From assembly GCA_963798085.1 (NCBI GenBank), contig CAWCRS010000005.1, positions 288,001 through 352,000 of the forward strand: a stretch of DNA of 64,000 nt, written 5' to 3'. Source of the stretch: an uncultured Gemmatimonadales bacterium. Lineage in GTDB: Bacteria > Gemmatimonadota > Gemmatimonadetes > Longimicrobiales > RSA9. Under the pieces are notes generated by a model, which saw only the letters and a list, made by a program, of their open reading frames with translations, was not told the DNA's origin and searched no databases. Shown in pieces: positions 1-8,264 of the stretch. Position numbers and translations under genes: made by a program. Within the stretch, counting starts at the first letter, position 1. Each line of letters starts with the position of its first letter.

Positions 1-322
1 ACTCAATGGCTATCAGGCTGTTACGGAGGGCGATGGCCAATCCGCGCTGCGTGCACTGCATCGCGTGCATCCCGCGGCCGTCATCCTCGATCTGCTCATG
101 CCCGGCATGTCCGGTACCGAATTCCTGCACGAATTACGCAAGGACCCGAGCCACCGCCACACGCCTGTCATCGTGTGGACGGCCAAGGACCTGACCTCGG
201 CCGAGCGCGCCGCACTCCGGCGCAGCGCGCAGGCCGTGATTCCCAAGGCGCAAGGCACCGGGGCGCTGGTGGACGAGCTGCTCGCACACGCGGGTGTGCG
301 TTCCCCGGAGGCGGACCCTTGA
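1..322 (+). CDS. C-terminal receiver (REC) domain, 5'-truncated by the window edge; probably the end of a hybrid sensor kinase or response regulator
   Basis: Frame is open from base 2 (LNGYQAVTEGDGQSALRALHRVHP) and continues into VILDLLMPGMSG and VIVWTAKDLT, a typical REC signature. Confidence 0.8.
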   Translation, partial: LNGYQAVTEGDGQSALRALHRVHPAAVILDLLMPGMSGTEFLHELRKDPSHRHTPVIVWTAKDLTSAERAALRRSAQAVIPKAQGTGALVDELLAHAGVRSPEADP

Positions 323-702
323 CGTTCGCGGGTGTTCCACTCCTCGTGGTGGACGACAACGCCACAAACCTCAAGCTCGTGCGCGTGCTGCTCTCGGGCG
401 AGGGATACTACGTGCGCACGGCGACCGATGCCGAGGAGGCGATCACCGTGCTCGCCGAATTCCACCCGCGCATGATCCTGATGGACGTGCAGCTGCCGGG
501 CATGGATGGCCTGGAACTCACACGCCGCCTGAAAAACGACCCGCACACCGCCGACATCACCATTGTCTGTGTCACCGCCTACGCCATGAAAGGCGATGAG
601 GATCGCATCCTTGCCGCCGGCTGCGACGGGTACATCGCCAAACCCATCGACACGCGCGCACTGCCGCGCCTGCTCGCGAGTTATCTCGGAGCCCGGGCAT
701 GA
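319..702 (+). CDS. Single-domain response regulator (CheY/DivK-like)
   Basis: LLVVDDN, ILMDVQLPGMDG, VTAYAMKGD, YIAKP. TTG start overlaps the upstream TGA, with GGAGG at 307-311. Confidence 0.9.
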   Translation: MTFAGVPLLVVDDNATNLKLVRVLLSGEGYYVRTATDAEEAITVLAEFHPRMILMDVQLPGMDGLELTRRLKNDPHTADITIVCVTAYAMKGDEDRILAAGCDGYIAKPIDTRALPRLLASYLGARA

Positions 703-2474
703 AGCCCCCGGGCAACGTCATCCTCGTCGTCGAGGACAACCCCATCACGCGCAAGATGGTGCGCGTGGCGCTGTCCACCGAGGACTATCACACTCTGGAA
801 GCCGGCGATGGCAGGACGGCGCTGGAAGTCGTCCGGCGCGCCGATCCCCGACCCGACCTGATACTGCTGGACCTGATCCTGCCCGACGTGAACGGCTTCG
901 ATCTGCTGCGCACTCTGCGTCAGGATGCCGACATGCTCGACATCCCGATCATTGCTTTCAGCGGATTGCTCTCTGCCTCGGAAGAAGCGCAGGTCGTTAC
1001 CGCCGGATTCGATGGTCTGTTGATCAAGCCCGTCGAGCCGTCCCGCATGCTCGGCGCGGTGCGTGGCTTCCTTGCCCCTCGCGCGCACCAGACTGCGCGC
1101 GAGGCTGATGCGCCGGCCGGCCACGTGCTCGTCGTCGATGATGACCGCATCCAGCTCAAGCTGGCACGCGCCATTCTCGGGCAACACCATTTCAGCGTCG
1201 AAACTGCCGGCAGTGCCGCCGAGGCCCTGGCCAGGGCGCGCAGCCGGCTGCCCGCCGCCATCCTCTGCGACGTGCTCATGCCCGGCATGGATGGCTTTCA
1301 GCTCTGTGCTGCGGCGCGCGCCGACGCCCGCCTGAGCCAGGTACCCGTTGTGCTGGTAACATCGCATTACGTGGAGTCGGCGGACCGGCAGCTGGCGCGC
1401 GAGGCGGGCGCGTTCGATCTGGTGGTGCGCACGCCCGGTTTCGAGGGGGCGGTGCAGGCACTCGACCAGGCGCTGGCCCAGGGGGCCTCGCCGGCGCCGT
1501 CGCCCATCCCCGCGCTCGACAGCATGCAGCGCGACTACCTGGCGCGCGTCGCCGCCCAGCTGGACCGCCAGCTGCTTCTCAACAGAGGGTTAGCACACCG
1601 CACGTCGCTGCTGGGCGCGTCCCTCTCCGTGCTCGGCAGCATCGCCGGCACGCTCGGTCGTCGCGCCGACGTGCAGACCGCCATGCAGGAAGTCATTGCG
1701 CAGTGCGTCGATGCGGGCGGACTGTCGCGCGGCGCCATTTATCTGCGCAACGCGAGTGGCGCGTGGCGCTGCGCCGCAGAAGTCGGCTTCGGTGAGCCCG
1801 ACCACGGCGCTCTCGACGCGCTCTACGGCTTCCGCGGACTGCTCGAGCTGACCCGGGGCCGTACCACGCCGCTCGTCATTCCCGTGGATGATGCGCCCGG
1901 CCTGCGGGCGGAGGAATTCCTCGCGCGCATCGGTGCGTCTACAGCCGTGTTCGCGCCCCTGCCCGAGCCGTCACCGCAGCCCGGTGCACTGCTGCTGGTG
2001 ACCGCCGATCGGGAGCTGGCCAGCGACGAGTGGCGCGGCTTCGCGCAGAGCGTGGCTGCACAGATTGCGCAGGCGCTCGGCCTCAGCTTCGCGCTGGCCT
2101 CCGCCCGCGCCTCGGAGGACCGTTACCGCGCCGAAGGCGAACTGCTGCGCGCGGCACTCGATGCCGCGGAGCGGGGCGTATTGCTGGTGGATACCAACGG
2201 CACCGTGGTGGTCGCCAGCGCGCCCGCGGCCCGCCTGTTCGGCAGCAGCCGTGATGAACTCGAGGGTCAGCACATTGACCGACTCCTGCCCGACTGGCCC
2301 GAGCTGAGTACGCGCGCGCTCAACCTGGCGCCGCCAGCCGCCGGCCGCCCCGCATCGCAACCCCTGCGCGGGCGCCATCGTAACGGCAGCGAATTGCGCC
2401 TGGAGGCCAGCCTCACCCACCGCCCCGACCCGGATCCCGCCTGGCTCATCACCGGGCTGCACCCGGCGCTCTGA
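699..2474 (+). CDS. Multi-domain signalling protein REC-REC-GAF-like-PAS with no output domain
   Basis: REC1 (VVEDN..LLDLILPDVNG..IKP), REC2 (VVDDD..LCDVLMPGMDG), a GAF-like middle region, and a C-terminal PAS (GVLLVDTNGTVVVAS..AARLFG..LEGQHIDRLLP..GRHRNG). ATGA overlap with the upstream gene. Confidence 0.8.
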   Translation: MKPPGNVILVVEDNPITRKMVRVALSTEDYHTLEAGDGRTALEVVRRADPRPDLILLDLILPDVNGFDLLRTLRQDADMLDIPIIAFSGLLSASEEAQVVTAGFDGLLIKPVEPSRMLGAVRGFLAPRAHQTAREADAPAGHVLVVDDDRIQLKLARAILGQHHFSVETAGSAAEALARARSRLPAAILCDVLMPGMDGFQLCAAARADARLSQVPVVLVTSHYVESADRQLAREAGAFDLVVRTPGFEGAVQALDQALAQGASPAPSPIPALDSMQRDYLARVAAQLDRQLLLNRGLAHRTSLLGASLSVLGSIAGTLGRRADVQTAMQEVIAQCVDAGGLSRGAIYLRNASGAWRCAAEVGFGEPDHGALDALYGFRGLLELTRGRTTPLVIPVDDAPGLRAEEFLARIGASTAVFAPLPEPSPQPGALLLVTADRELASDEWRGFAQSVAAQIAQALGLSFALASARASEDRYRAEGELLRAALDAAERGVLLVDTNGTVVVASAPAARLFGSSRDELEGQHIDRLLPDWPELSTRALNLAPPAAGRPASQPLRGRHRNGSELRLEASLTHRPDPDPAWLITGLHPAL

Positions 2475-2477
2475 CCC

Positions 2478-3866
2478 TCACCCGATGCGGTTCACACCGT
2501 CCAGCGCCGCGATCTTGTAGCACTCGGCCAGCGTGGGATAATTGAACACGGTGTTAACGAAGTGGTGGATGGTGCCACCGAACGCCATCACGCTCTGCCC
2601 GATGTGCACCAGCTCGCTGGCGCCCTCACCGATGATGTGCACGCCCAGAATGATGCGCGATTCCAGATGGAACACCAGCTTCAGCAGCCCCGTCTCGTCC
2701 CCCAGGATCTGACCGCGCGCCACCTCGCGGTATGAGGCCTTGCCGATCTCGTAGGGCACGCCTGCCTTCGTGAGCTCCTCCTCCGTCTTCCCCACCATCG
2801 AGATCTCCGGAACGCTGTAGATGCCGTAGGGAATGAGGTCAGGCATGCTGTCCGCCTGGACGCCGAAGGCATGACACGCCGCCAGCCGGCCCTGCTCCAT
2901 CGATGACGAAGCCAGGCTGGGGAAGCCGATGACGTCGCCGGCCGCGTAGATGTGCTCGACCTGCGTCTGGTAATACTGATTCACGACCAGCCGCCCGCGC
3001 TCATCCGGCGCCAGACCGGCAGCCTGCAGATTGAGCGTGTCCGTTGCACCCGTGCGGCCGATGCTGTACAACGCTTTCTCCGTGCGGATCTGCTTGCCGC
3101 TGGCCAGCTGGATCTGCACGCCGTCCGCTTCCGACTGGATCGCCGTCACCTCCTCGCCCAGCCGCAGCGTGGCGCGCTGCTCGCGCAGATGGTAGGCCAG
3201 CGCCTCGGTGACCTCGGCATCCACGAAGGGTAATAACCTGTTACGCTTGTCCACGAGCGTGACACGCACGCCCAGGGCCGCGAAAATGCTGGCATACTCC
3301 AACCCGATGACCCCGGCGCCCACCACTGTCATGGTGCGCGGAATCTCGTTCAGCTTGAGCACCTCGTCGCTGGTGATGACGTTCTTGCCGTCGAACGGGA
3401 TGTGCGCATCCTGCGTGGCGTTGGTGCCCACCGCAATGACGATGGCCCCCGCGGTGAAATCGCGCGTTCCGCCGGCGACCAGCACCACCCGGATCGTGTG
3501 CGCATCGATGAAGCTCGCCTCACCGGTGATCACGTCCACGCGGTTGCGCAGCAACTGATGCCGGATCACGTCCACCTCCGTGCGCATCACGTGATCCGTG
3601 CGGAACAGCAGATCCTCCATCGTGATGCGCGACTTCACCGTATACGACTCGCCGTACACGTTGTGCAGGCGGTAGCCGGACAGATAGATGGCCGCCTCCC
3701 GCAGCGTCTTGCTGGGAATGGTGCCCGTGTTGATGCACACGCCGCCCAGCACCGCTTTCTTTTCGATCACGGCCACACGCCGGTCCAGCTTGGCCGCCTG
3801 AATGGCCGCCTTCTGCCCGGCCGGCCCGGAGCCGATCACGATGAGATCGAAATCCCAGGAGTCCAT
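2478..3866 (-). CDS. sthA: Soluble (Si-specific) pyridine nucleotide transhydrogenase
   Basis: GSGPAG FAD motif, GGVCINTGTIPSK (second Cys absent as in Sth), GAGVIGLEYAS, C-terminal FNYPTLAECYKIAALDG. Confidence 0.93.
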   Translation of the reverse strand: MDSWDFDLIVIGSGPAGQKAAIQAAKLDRRVAVIEKKAVLGGVCINTGTIPSKTLREAAIYLSGYRLHNVYGESYTVKSRITMEDLLFRTDHVMRTEVDVIRHQLLRNRVDVITGEASFIDAHTIRVVLVAGGTRDFTAGAIVIAVGTNATQDAHIPFDGKNVITSDEVLKLNEIPRTMTVVGAGVIGLEYASIFAALGVRVTLVDKRNRLLPFVDAEVTEALAYHLREQRATLRLGEEVTAIQSEADGVQIQLASGKQIRTEKALYSIGRTGATDTLNLQAAGLAPDERGRLVVNQYYQTQVEHIYAAGDVIGFPSLASSSMEQGRLAACHAFGVQADSMPDLIPYGIYSVPEISMVGKTEEELTKAGVPYEIGKASYREVARGQILGDETGLLKLVFHLESRIILGVHIIGEGASELVHIGQSVMAFGGTIHHFVNTVFNYPTLAECYKIAALDGVNRIG

Positions 3867-3910
3867 GCCTGCCCATTCGTAGCTGGTGGGAATGACTTCG
3901 CGCGGCGCTC

Positions 3911-3938
3911 AATCTAGAGTCGGGCGCGGCCCCTGCAA
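3911..3938 (-). promoter_or_regulatory. Candidate sigma70-type promoter for sthA
   Basis: Minus strand TTGCAG-N16-TAGATT about 45 nt upstream of the ATG. Confidence 0.4.
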
Positions 3939-4185
3939 ACGCGCGCCGCGCACCGGGCCAGCCTCCTCCACCATCGCCCGGGGCGACGAGGACCCCTGCC
4001 TGCCCGCCTGTGTGCACCAGCCCTGCCTTGCCGTAACCTCCCCGTCTTCCGCCTCAGACCGCGCCACCTCGCGCCGATACTGAAGGACAACTGCGAGGGC
4101 GGGCGTCGCCGAGGCACGCCGCGTCGTTTGCGCGACGCACGCTCGCGCCGGAATCGCGCGTCCGCGCTTCACCCGACGGAGAACG

Positions 4186-5334
4186 ATGATGGAAGCGGCT
4201 CGCACGTCGTTCGACGTGCACAGCGGCCGGCGCATCCTGATCGTCGAGGATCACGAGCCGACGCTCGATCTGCTGCAGTCGCTGCTGCGCCATGGCATGC
4301 GCGGCGATGTGCGTGCAACGAGCGATCCGCGCAACGTGGTGGCGCTGTACCGCGAATTCGAGCCCGATCTGCTGCTCGTCGACCTGGAAATGCCCGGACT
4401 CGACGGGGCGCTGCTGCTGCGCCAGCTGAGTGCGCGTGCCACACCCGGCGAATTCCGGCCCATCGTCGTGTTCTCGGGAGACGCATCGCCCACGGCGAGG
4501 CGCAATGCGTTTGCGCTGGGCGCGTGCGATTTCATTGCCAAGCCCATTCTCGCACCGGAAATCACGGTGCGCCTCGAACATCTGCTGCGCCTGCGCGAGC
4601 TGACGACCGGCATCGAGGAAGAAGTGCAGGAGCGCTTGCGTGAACTGCGCGATGCCGAACTCGATGTCGCCAGCCGGCTCGCGCTCGTGGCCGAGTGTCG
4701 CGACTACCCGGATGGCGCGCACGTGCAGCGCGTGGGTCAGCTCGCGGCGCTGATCGCGCGCGAGCTGCAGCAGCCGGACGATTTCGTGACGCTCATCCGT
4801 TTCGCCGCGCCGCTGCACGACCTCGGCAAGGTCGCCATTCCCGATACGCTCCTGCTGAAACCTGGCGCGCTGACCGAGGACGAGCAGAAGCTGATGCGCC
4901 TGCATACGTCAGCCGGTGCGCAGATGCTGACCGGCAGTCCGTCACCCATACTGCAGCTCGCGGAAGAGATCGCGCTCTACCATCACGAGAACTGGGATGG
5001 CAGCGGCTACAACGCCGGCCTCGCCGGCGAGGAAATTCCACTCGCGGGACGCATTGTCGCGGTGGCGGATGTGTTCGACACGCTGACGCACCCGCGGCCC
5101 TACAAGCATCCCTGGCCGCTCGATGAGGCGATCACGTGGATGGAATCGATGCGCGGCCGCAAGTTCGACCCCGCCGCGCTCGATTCCCTGCTCGGTATTC
5201 TCGGTGACACGCGCACGCAGATTGGCGAGGATGCAGTGGCAGGCGCCGCGGTGATCATCCTGCCGCCGCGCGCCGGAGGCGGCGGTCTGTCCAGCAGTGG
5301 CTGGCCCTGGCCGGTGGACGGGCACAAAGCCTGA
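4186..5334 (+). CDS. REC-HD-GYP cyclic dinucleotide phosphodiesterase (RpfG-like)
   Basis: N-terminal REC (LLVDLEMPGLDG, FIAKP), then HVQRV, LHDLGK, HHENWDGSGY, RIVAVADVFD, RPYK. Confidence 0.92.
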   Translation: MMEAARTSFDVHSGRRILIVEDHEPTLDLLQSLLRHGMRGDVRATSDPRNVVALYREFEPDLLLVDLEMPGLDGALLLRQLSARATPGEFRPIVVFSGDASPTARRNAFALGACDFIAKPILAPEITVRLEHLLRLRELTTGIEEEVQERLRELRDAELDVASRLALVAECRDYPDGAHVQRVGQLAALIARELQQPDDFVTLIRFAAPLHDLGKVAIPDTLLLKPGALTEDEQKLMRLHTSAGAQMLTGSPSPILQLAEEIALYHHENWDGSGYNAGLAGEEIPLAGRIVAVADVFDTLTHPRPYKHPWPLDEAITWMESMRGRKFDPAALDSLLGILGDTRTQIGEDAVAGAAVIILPPRAGGGGLSSSGWPWPVDGHKA

Positions 5335-5376
5335 CACAGGACAGGCGACGATGTTCTGTCGCCCTTTACTTCGTTT

Positions 5377-6303
5377 TCAGATGGCTTCCCGCTCCAGCCG
5401 CGCGCGCAACGCGCCGACCGCCGGCTGCGCATTCCACCAGCGCTTCGACAGTTCGACATCCACGCGCAGATCGTGATCCAGCGGCAGCTCCATGCCAATG
5501 GTTCCGGTGCGCGGCGCGGTGCGTCGTGTGCGCACGCTGGCCGCTTCGCGCGCCAGGTCATTGTGCTGCGCCACGGCCGCGGAGAGTCGCGCGAAATGGC
5601 TTTCACAGAGTGCGCGCTCCGTGTTCATTTGGATGCGCCACTGTTTCGCGTCACAGGGTGAGGCGGTCAGCGCGAGGAACTCCCCGACGAAGGGGTCGTC
5701 CACCAGCTCATCGATCGCCTCCACGTACGCCGGATCCAGCGCACCGCTGTACGCGATGATGATCTGGTTCAGCAGTGCACAGGCTTCCGCCGCTTCGCGG
5801 GCCGTCCACCGCACCCACGACAGCGCGTCGCTGCCGGGTGTGCCGCGCGTGGCCCACGGATCGCAGTGCGCCAGCTCCTCCGTGTAGTGTGTGGCGAACA
5901 GTTCCGTGAAATCGCGCGGCAGCGTTTCCGGTACGCGCGGCAGGGTTCCCTTGACCAGCTGGCCCCACGCATCCGCCAGGCGCTGCAGCGCGCGACTCGC
6001 TTTGCGCAGCCCGCCGATCGAGCTGCGCAGCCGGTTGGCCCGCTCCTGACGCTCGAGGTACCGCTGCACGAACACGACCACCAGCAGGATGCCCATCGAT
6101 TCGGTGGCCACGTTGGGCGCGAAGCTGTCGACCAGCTCGTTCTGGTGGTAGAGCACTTCGGCCGTGACCGCCAGCACGACGATCGCGATCAGCACGACGT
6201 ATACCGTGCGCAGATAGGCGACGACGCCTCCCTTGGCGTGATCGCCCTGCGGCGCGGCCTGAGGCCGAGGTGGCCTGGGCCGCCGGCGACGGAATATGCG
6301 CAT
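5377..6303 (-). CDS. Hypothetical membrane protein (two N-terminal TM helices plus a soluble helical domain)
   Basis: ATG at 6303 (MRIFRRRR). Hydrophobic segments VYVVLIAIVVLAVTAEVLY and MGILLVVVFV. No family recognised. Confidence 0.7.
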   Translation of the reverse strand: MRIFRRRRPRPPRPQAAPQGDHAKGGVVAYLRTVYVVLIAIVVLAVTAEVLYHQNELVDSFAPNVATESMGILLVVVFVQRYLERQERANRLRSSIGGLRKASRALQRLADAWGQLVKGTLPRVPETLPRDFTELFATHYTEELAHCDPWATRGTPGSDALSWVRWTAREAAEACALLNQIIIAYSGALDPAYVEAIDELVDDPFVGEFLALTASPCDAKQWRIQMNTERALCESHFARLSAAVAQHNDLAREAASVRTRRTAPRTGTIGMELPLDHDLRVDVELSKRWWNAQPAVGALRARLEREAI

Positions 6304-6617
6304 GTTCGATTCGATCCAGCGGCGCGTTCGCCGATCGAGGTCAGGAGCCGCAATGTACAGATCGACCGGGCCCCGGCGGAAGCACCGGCCGCCCCTCCAT
6401 TCCGTTGACCCGGCCCAGCCCGTACCCAGGCCTGTCGCCGATCTCCCGGGCCTGACGGGCGCCCTGCGCGGGAGGACTGGCGCACCGATCATTCTGCTCG
6501 CGGTGCTCGCGTTCTTTGTCATACATCTTCTCGGTGTAACAGGCGTGCTCGGCGGCCGGACGCTCACCGCGCTCTGCCTTCCTGCCTCTTTCCGCAAGAC
6601 TGCCGGAGCCCGGCACC

Positions 6618-6645
6618 CAACCTTTCCGCGCCCGCCTGTCACTAT
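6618..6645 (+). promoter_or_regulatory. Candidate autoregulated ECF-sigma promoter
   Basis: CAACC-N15-GTCACTAT (AAC...GTC layout typical of ECF promoters) just upstream of the ECF gene; near-identical copy at 7532-7559. Confidence 0.55.
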
Positions 6646-6673
6646 ATGACAGAGCCTCGGCGAAAGGACGGCA

Positions 6674-7246
6674 ATGCAGGCGGCTCGCGTCGGAGACGAC
6701 AATGGTGCGCTGATCCGGAGAATTCTCCGGTCCGGTGACGAGCGTGCGTTTCGCACGCTGTACCGCAGGCACTCGAATCGCCTGTTTGCGCTGCTGCGTC
6801 AGCTCACCGGTGGCAGCGTCACCGACGCGGAAGATCTCCTGCAGGAGACCTGGCTGCGAGCCGCCCGCCGGCTGAGGACGCTGTCAGCAGCCGAAGCCTG
6901 CGCCGCATGGCTGCGCAGCATCGCATGCAATGTTGCCCGTGAGTGGCTGCGCAGTCAGCGGCGTCCATGGCTGATCGCGAATGATGCACTCGCGGAATCC
7001 GCACCCGATCGCGCGCCCGCGATCAATGAGAAGCTCGAAGTCGACGCCCTGCTGCATCGCCTGCCTCCCGGTTGTCGCGCCGTGCTCGTGCTCCACGACC
7101 TGCACGGGCACACGCATGAGGAAATCGCCGATCTGCTGGGCATCGCGCCCGGCACGTCGAAGAGTCAGCTGTCCCTGGCCCGTCAGATCCTGCGTCGTCA
7201 CAGCGCAGCAGAAACGGAGGCGAGTGATGCCCCACCCGAAGCATGA
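6674..7246 (+). CDS. ECF-family RNA polymerase sigma factor
   Basis: Region 2 (GDERAFRTLYRRH..DAEDLLQETWL..AWLRSIACN) and region 4 (LPPGCRAVLVLHDLHGHTHEEIADLLGIAPGTSKSQLSLAR). Confidence 0.95.
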   Translation: MQAARVGDDNGALIRRILRSGDERAFRTLYRRHSNRLFALLRQLTGGSVTDAEDLLQETWLRAARRLRTLSAAEACAAWLRSIACNVAREWLRSQRRPWLIANDALAESAPDRAPAINEKLEVDALLHRLPPGCRAVLVLHDLHGHTHEEIADLLGIAPGTSKSQLSLARQILRRHSAAETEASDAPPEA

Positions 7247-7526
7247 CCATGAAGAGCACCCACCGGCAGAGCAGGCGCCCGCGCACCACGTCGAGGAGCG
7301 CATCGTCCATGCGCTGCGTGCGCAGGGCATCCTGCGCACGCCGATGGCGCAGAGAACCGTGCGGCTGCCGCTCGCGCTCGCCGCAAGCATGGCGCTCTTT
7401 CTGACGGGCCTCGCCGCCGGGCGTGCCCTGCACCGCGGCACCACCGCCGCTGTTGCGGCCCTGACCGCAATGCCCGCACCACCTGACACGACCCGCGCCA
7501 CAGTCGTGCGTGTCGTGCGCATGTGA
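7227..7526 (+). CDS. Small single-TM protein, putative anti-sigma factor (99 aa)
   Basis: Overlaps the 3' end of the sigma gene, GGAGG RBS, His-rich N-terminus, one TM (LPLALAASMALFLTGLAAG). Confidence 0.65.
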   Translation: MPHPKHDHEEHPPAEQAPAHHVEERIVHALRAQGILRTPMAQRTVRLPLALAASMALFLTGLAAGRALHRGTTAAVAALTAMPAPPDTTRATVVRVVRM

Positions 7527-7557
7527 AGTCGCAACCGTTCGAACAATGGGGGTGACT

Positions 7558-8187
7558 ATGTCCTCACCACATTTCCCGATCCTGCGAGCACTGTCACTCG
7601 CGCTCATTGCCACGAGTGCAGGGACCACACCGGCGGCGCAGACGGCGCGTGCCGAGCTGGGCCTTGTGTTCGCGTGTTCATACTGCGATGTGTCCACGTC
7701 CGGCGGCCGCCGGGTCATGCAATTTTCCTCGTCGCCGGTGATTCTCTCGGTGGTCGAGGACGGACCTGCTGCTCTGGCCGGCCTGCAGCCCGGCGATACG
7801 CTGACCCACGTGAACGGGCTGCCTCTTGCCTCCCGCGAGGGAGGCGAGACACTGGCTGACCTCCGCGCCGGTGTCACGCTCACCCTCAGCGCGCAGCGCG
7901 CCGGCCGCACGCTGCGCTTCACGGTGACGCCGGCGACGGCGAGCGCGGTCGACCCATCGGGTTTCCAGGCCCTCGCACGTGCGCTCGGTCGCCTGGACGA
8001 GGCGCTCTCGGCAACCGATACCACCCAGACGCTCTTCTCCGGAACACTGGCCGGGGTCGACGTGCGTGTCAGCGGGCGCGACCGTGTCACCGTCACGGTG
8101 GCGGATGGCGATTGTTTTCTGAACATCGTCGCGGGCCGGACACGAATCACGCTGCGCGGCCCATCGGACTGCAGGAAGCAGAAGTAG
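7558..8187 (+). CDS. Exported PDZ-domain protein without a protease domain
   Basis: Signal-peptide-like N-terminus; PDZ motif VILSVVEDGPAALAGLQPGDTLTHVNG; CSYC and two further Cys. Confidence 0.8.
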   Translation: MSSPHFPILRALSLALIATSAGTTPAAQTARAELGLVFACSYCDVSTSGGRRVMQFSSSPVILSVVEDGPAALAGLQPGDTLTHVNGLPLASREGGETLADLRAGVTLTLSAQRAGRTLRFTVTPATASAVDPSGFQALARALGRLDEALSATDTTQTLFSGTLAGVDVRVSGRDRVTVTVADGDCFLNIVAGRTRITLRGPSDCRKQK

Positions 8188-8264
8188 GCGCTTTCCCGGC
8201 TCGAGGCAGGACGCTCGCGTCGTTGCCCTTGTGCGACGGGCGGCCCCTGCCTCAGGCTTGCATC

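Noticed and set aside
6296..6649. Plus-strand ORF with a hydrophobic stretch (IILLAVLAFFVIHLLGV)
   Set aside because: No clear start or RBS, overlaps the divergent gene start and the ECF promoter motif; insufficient support.
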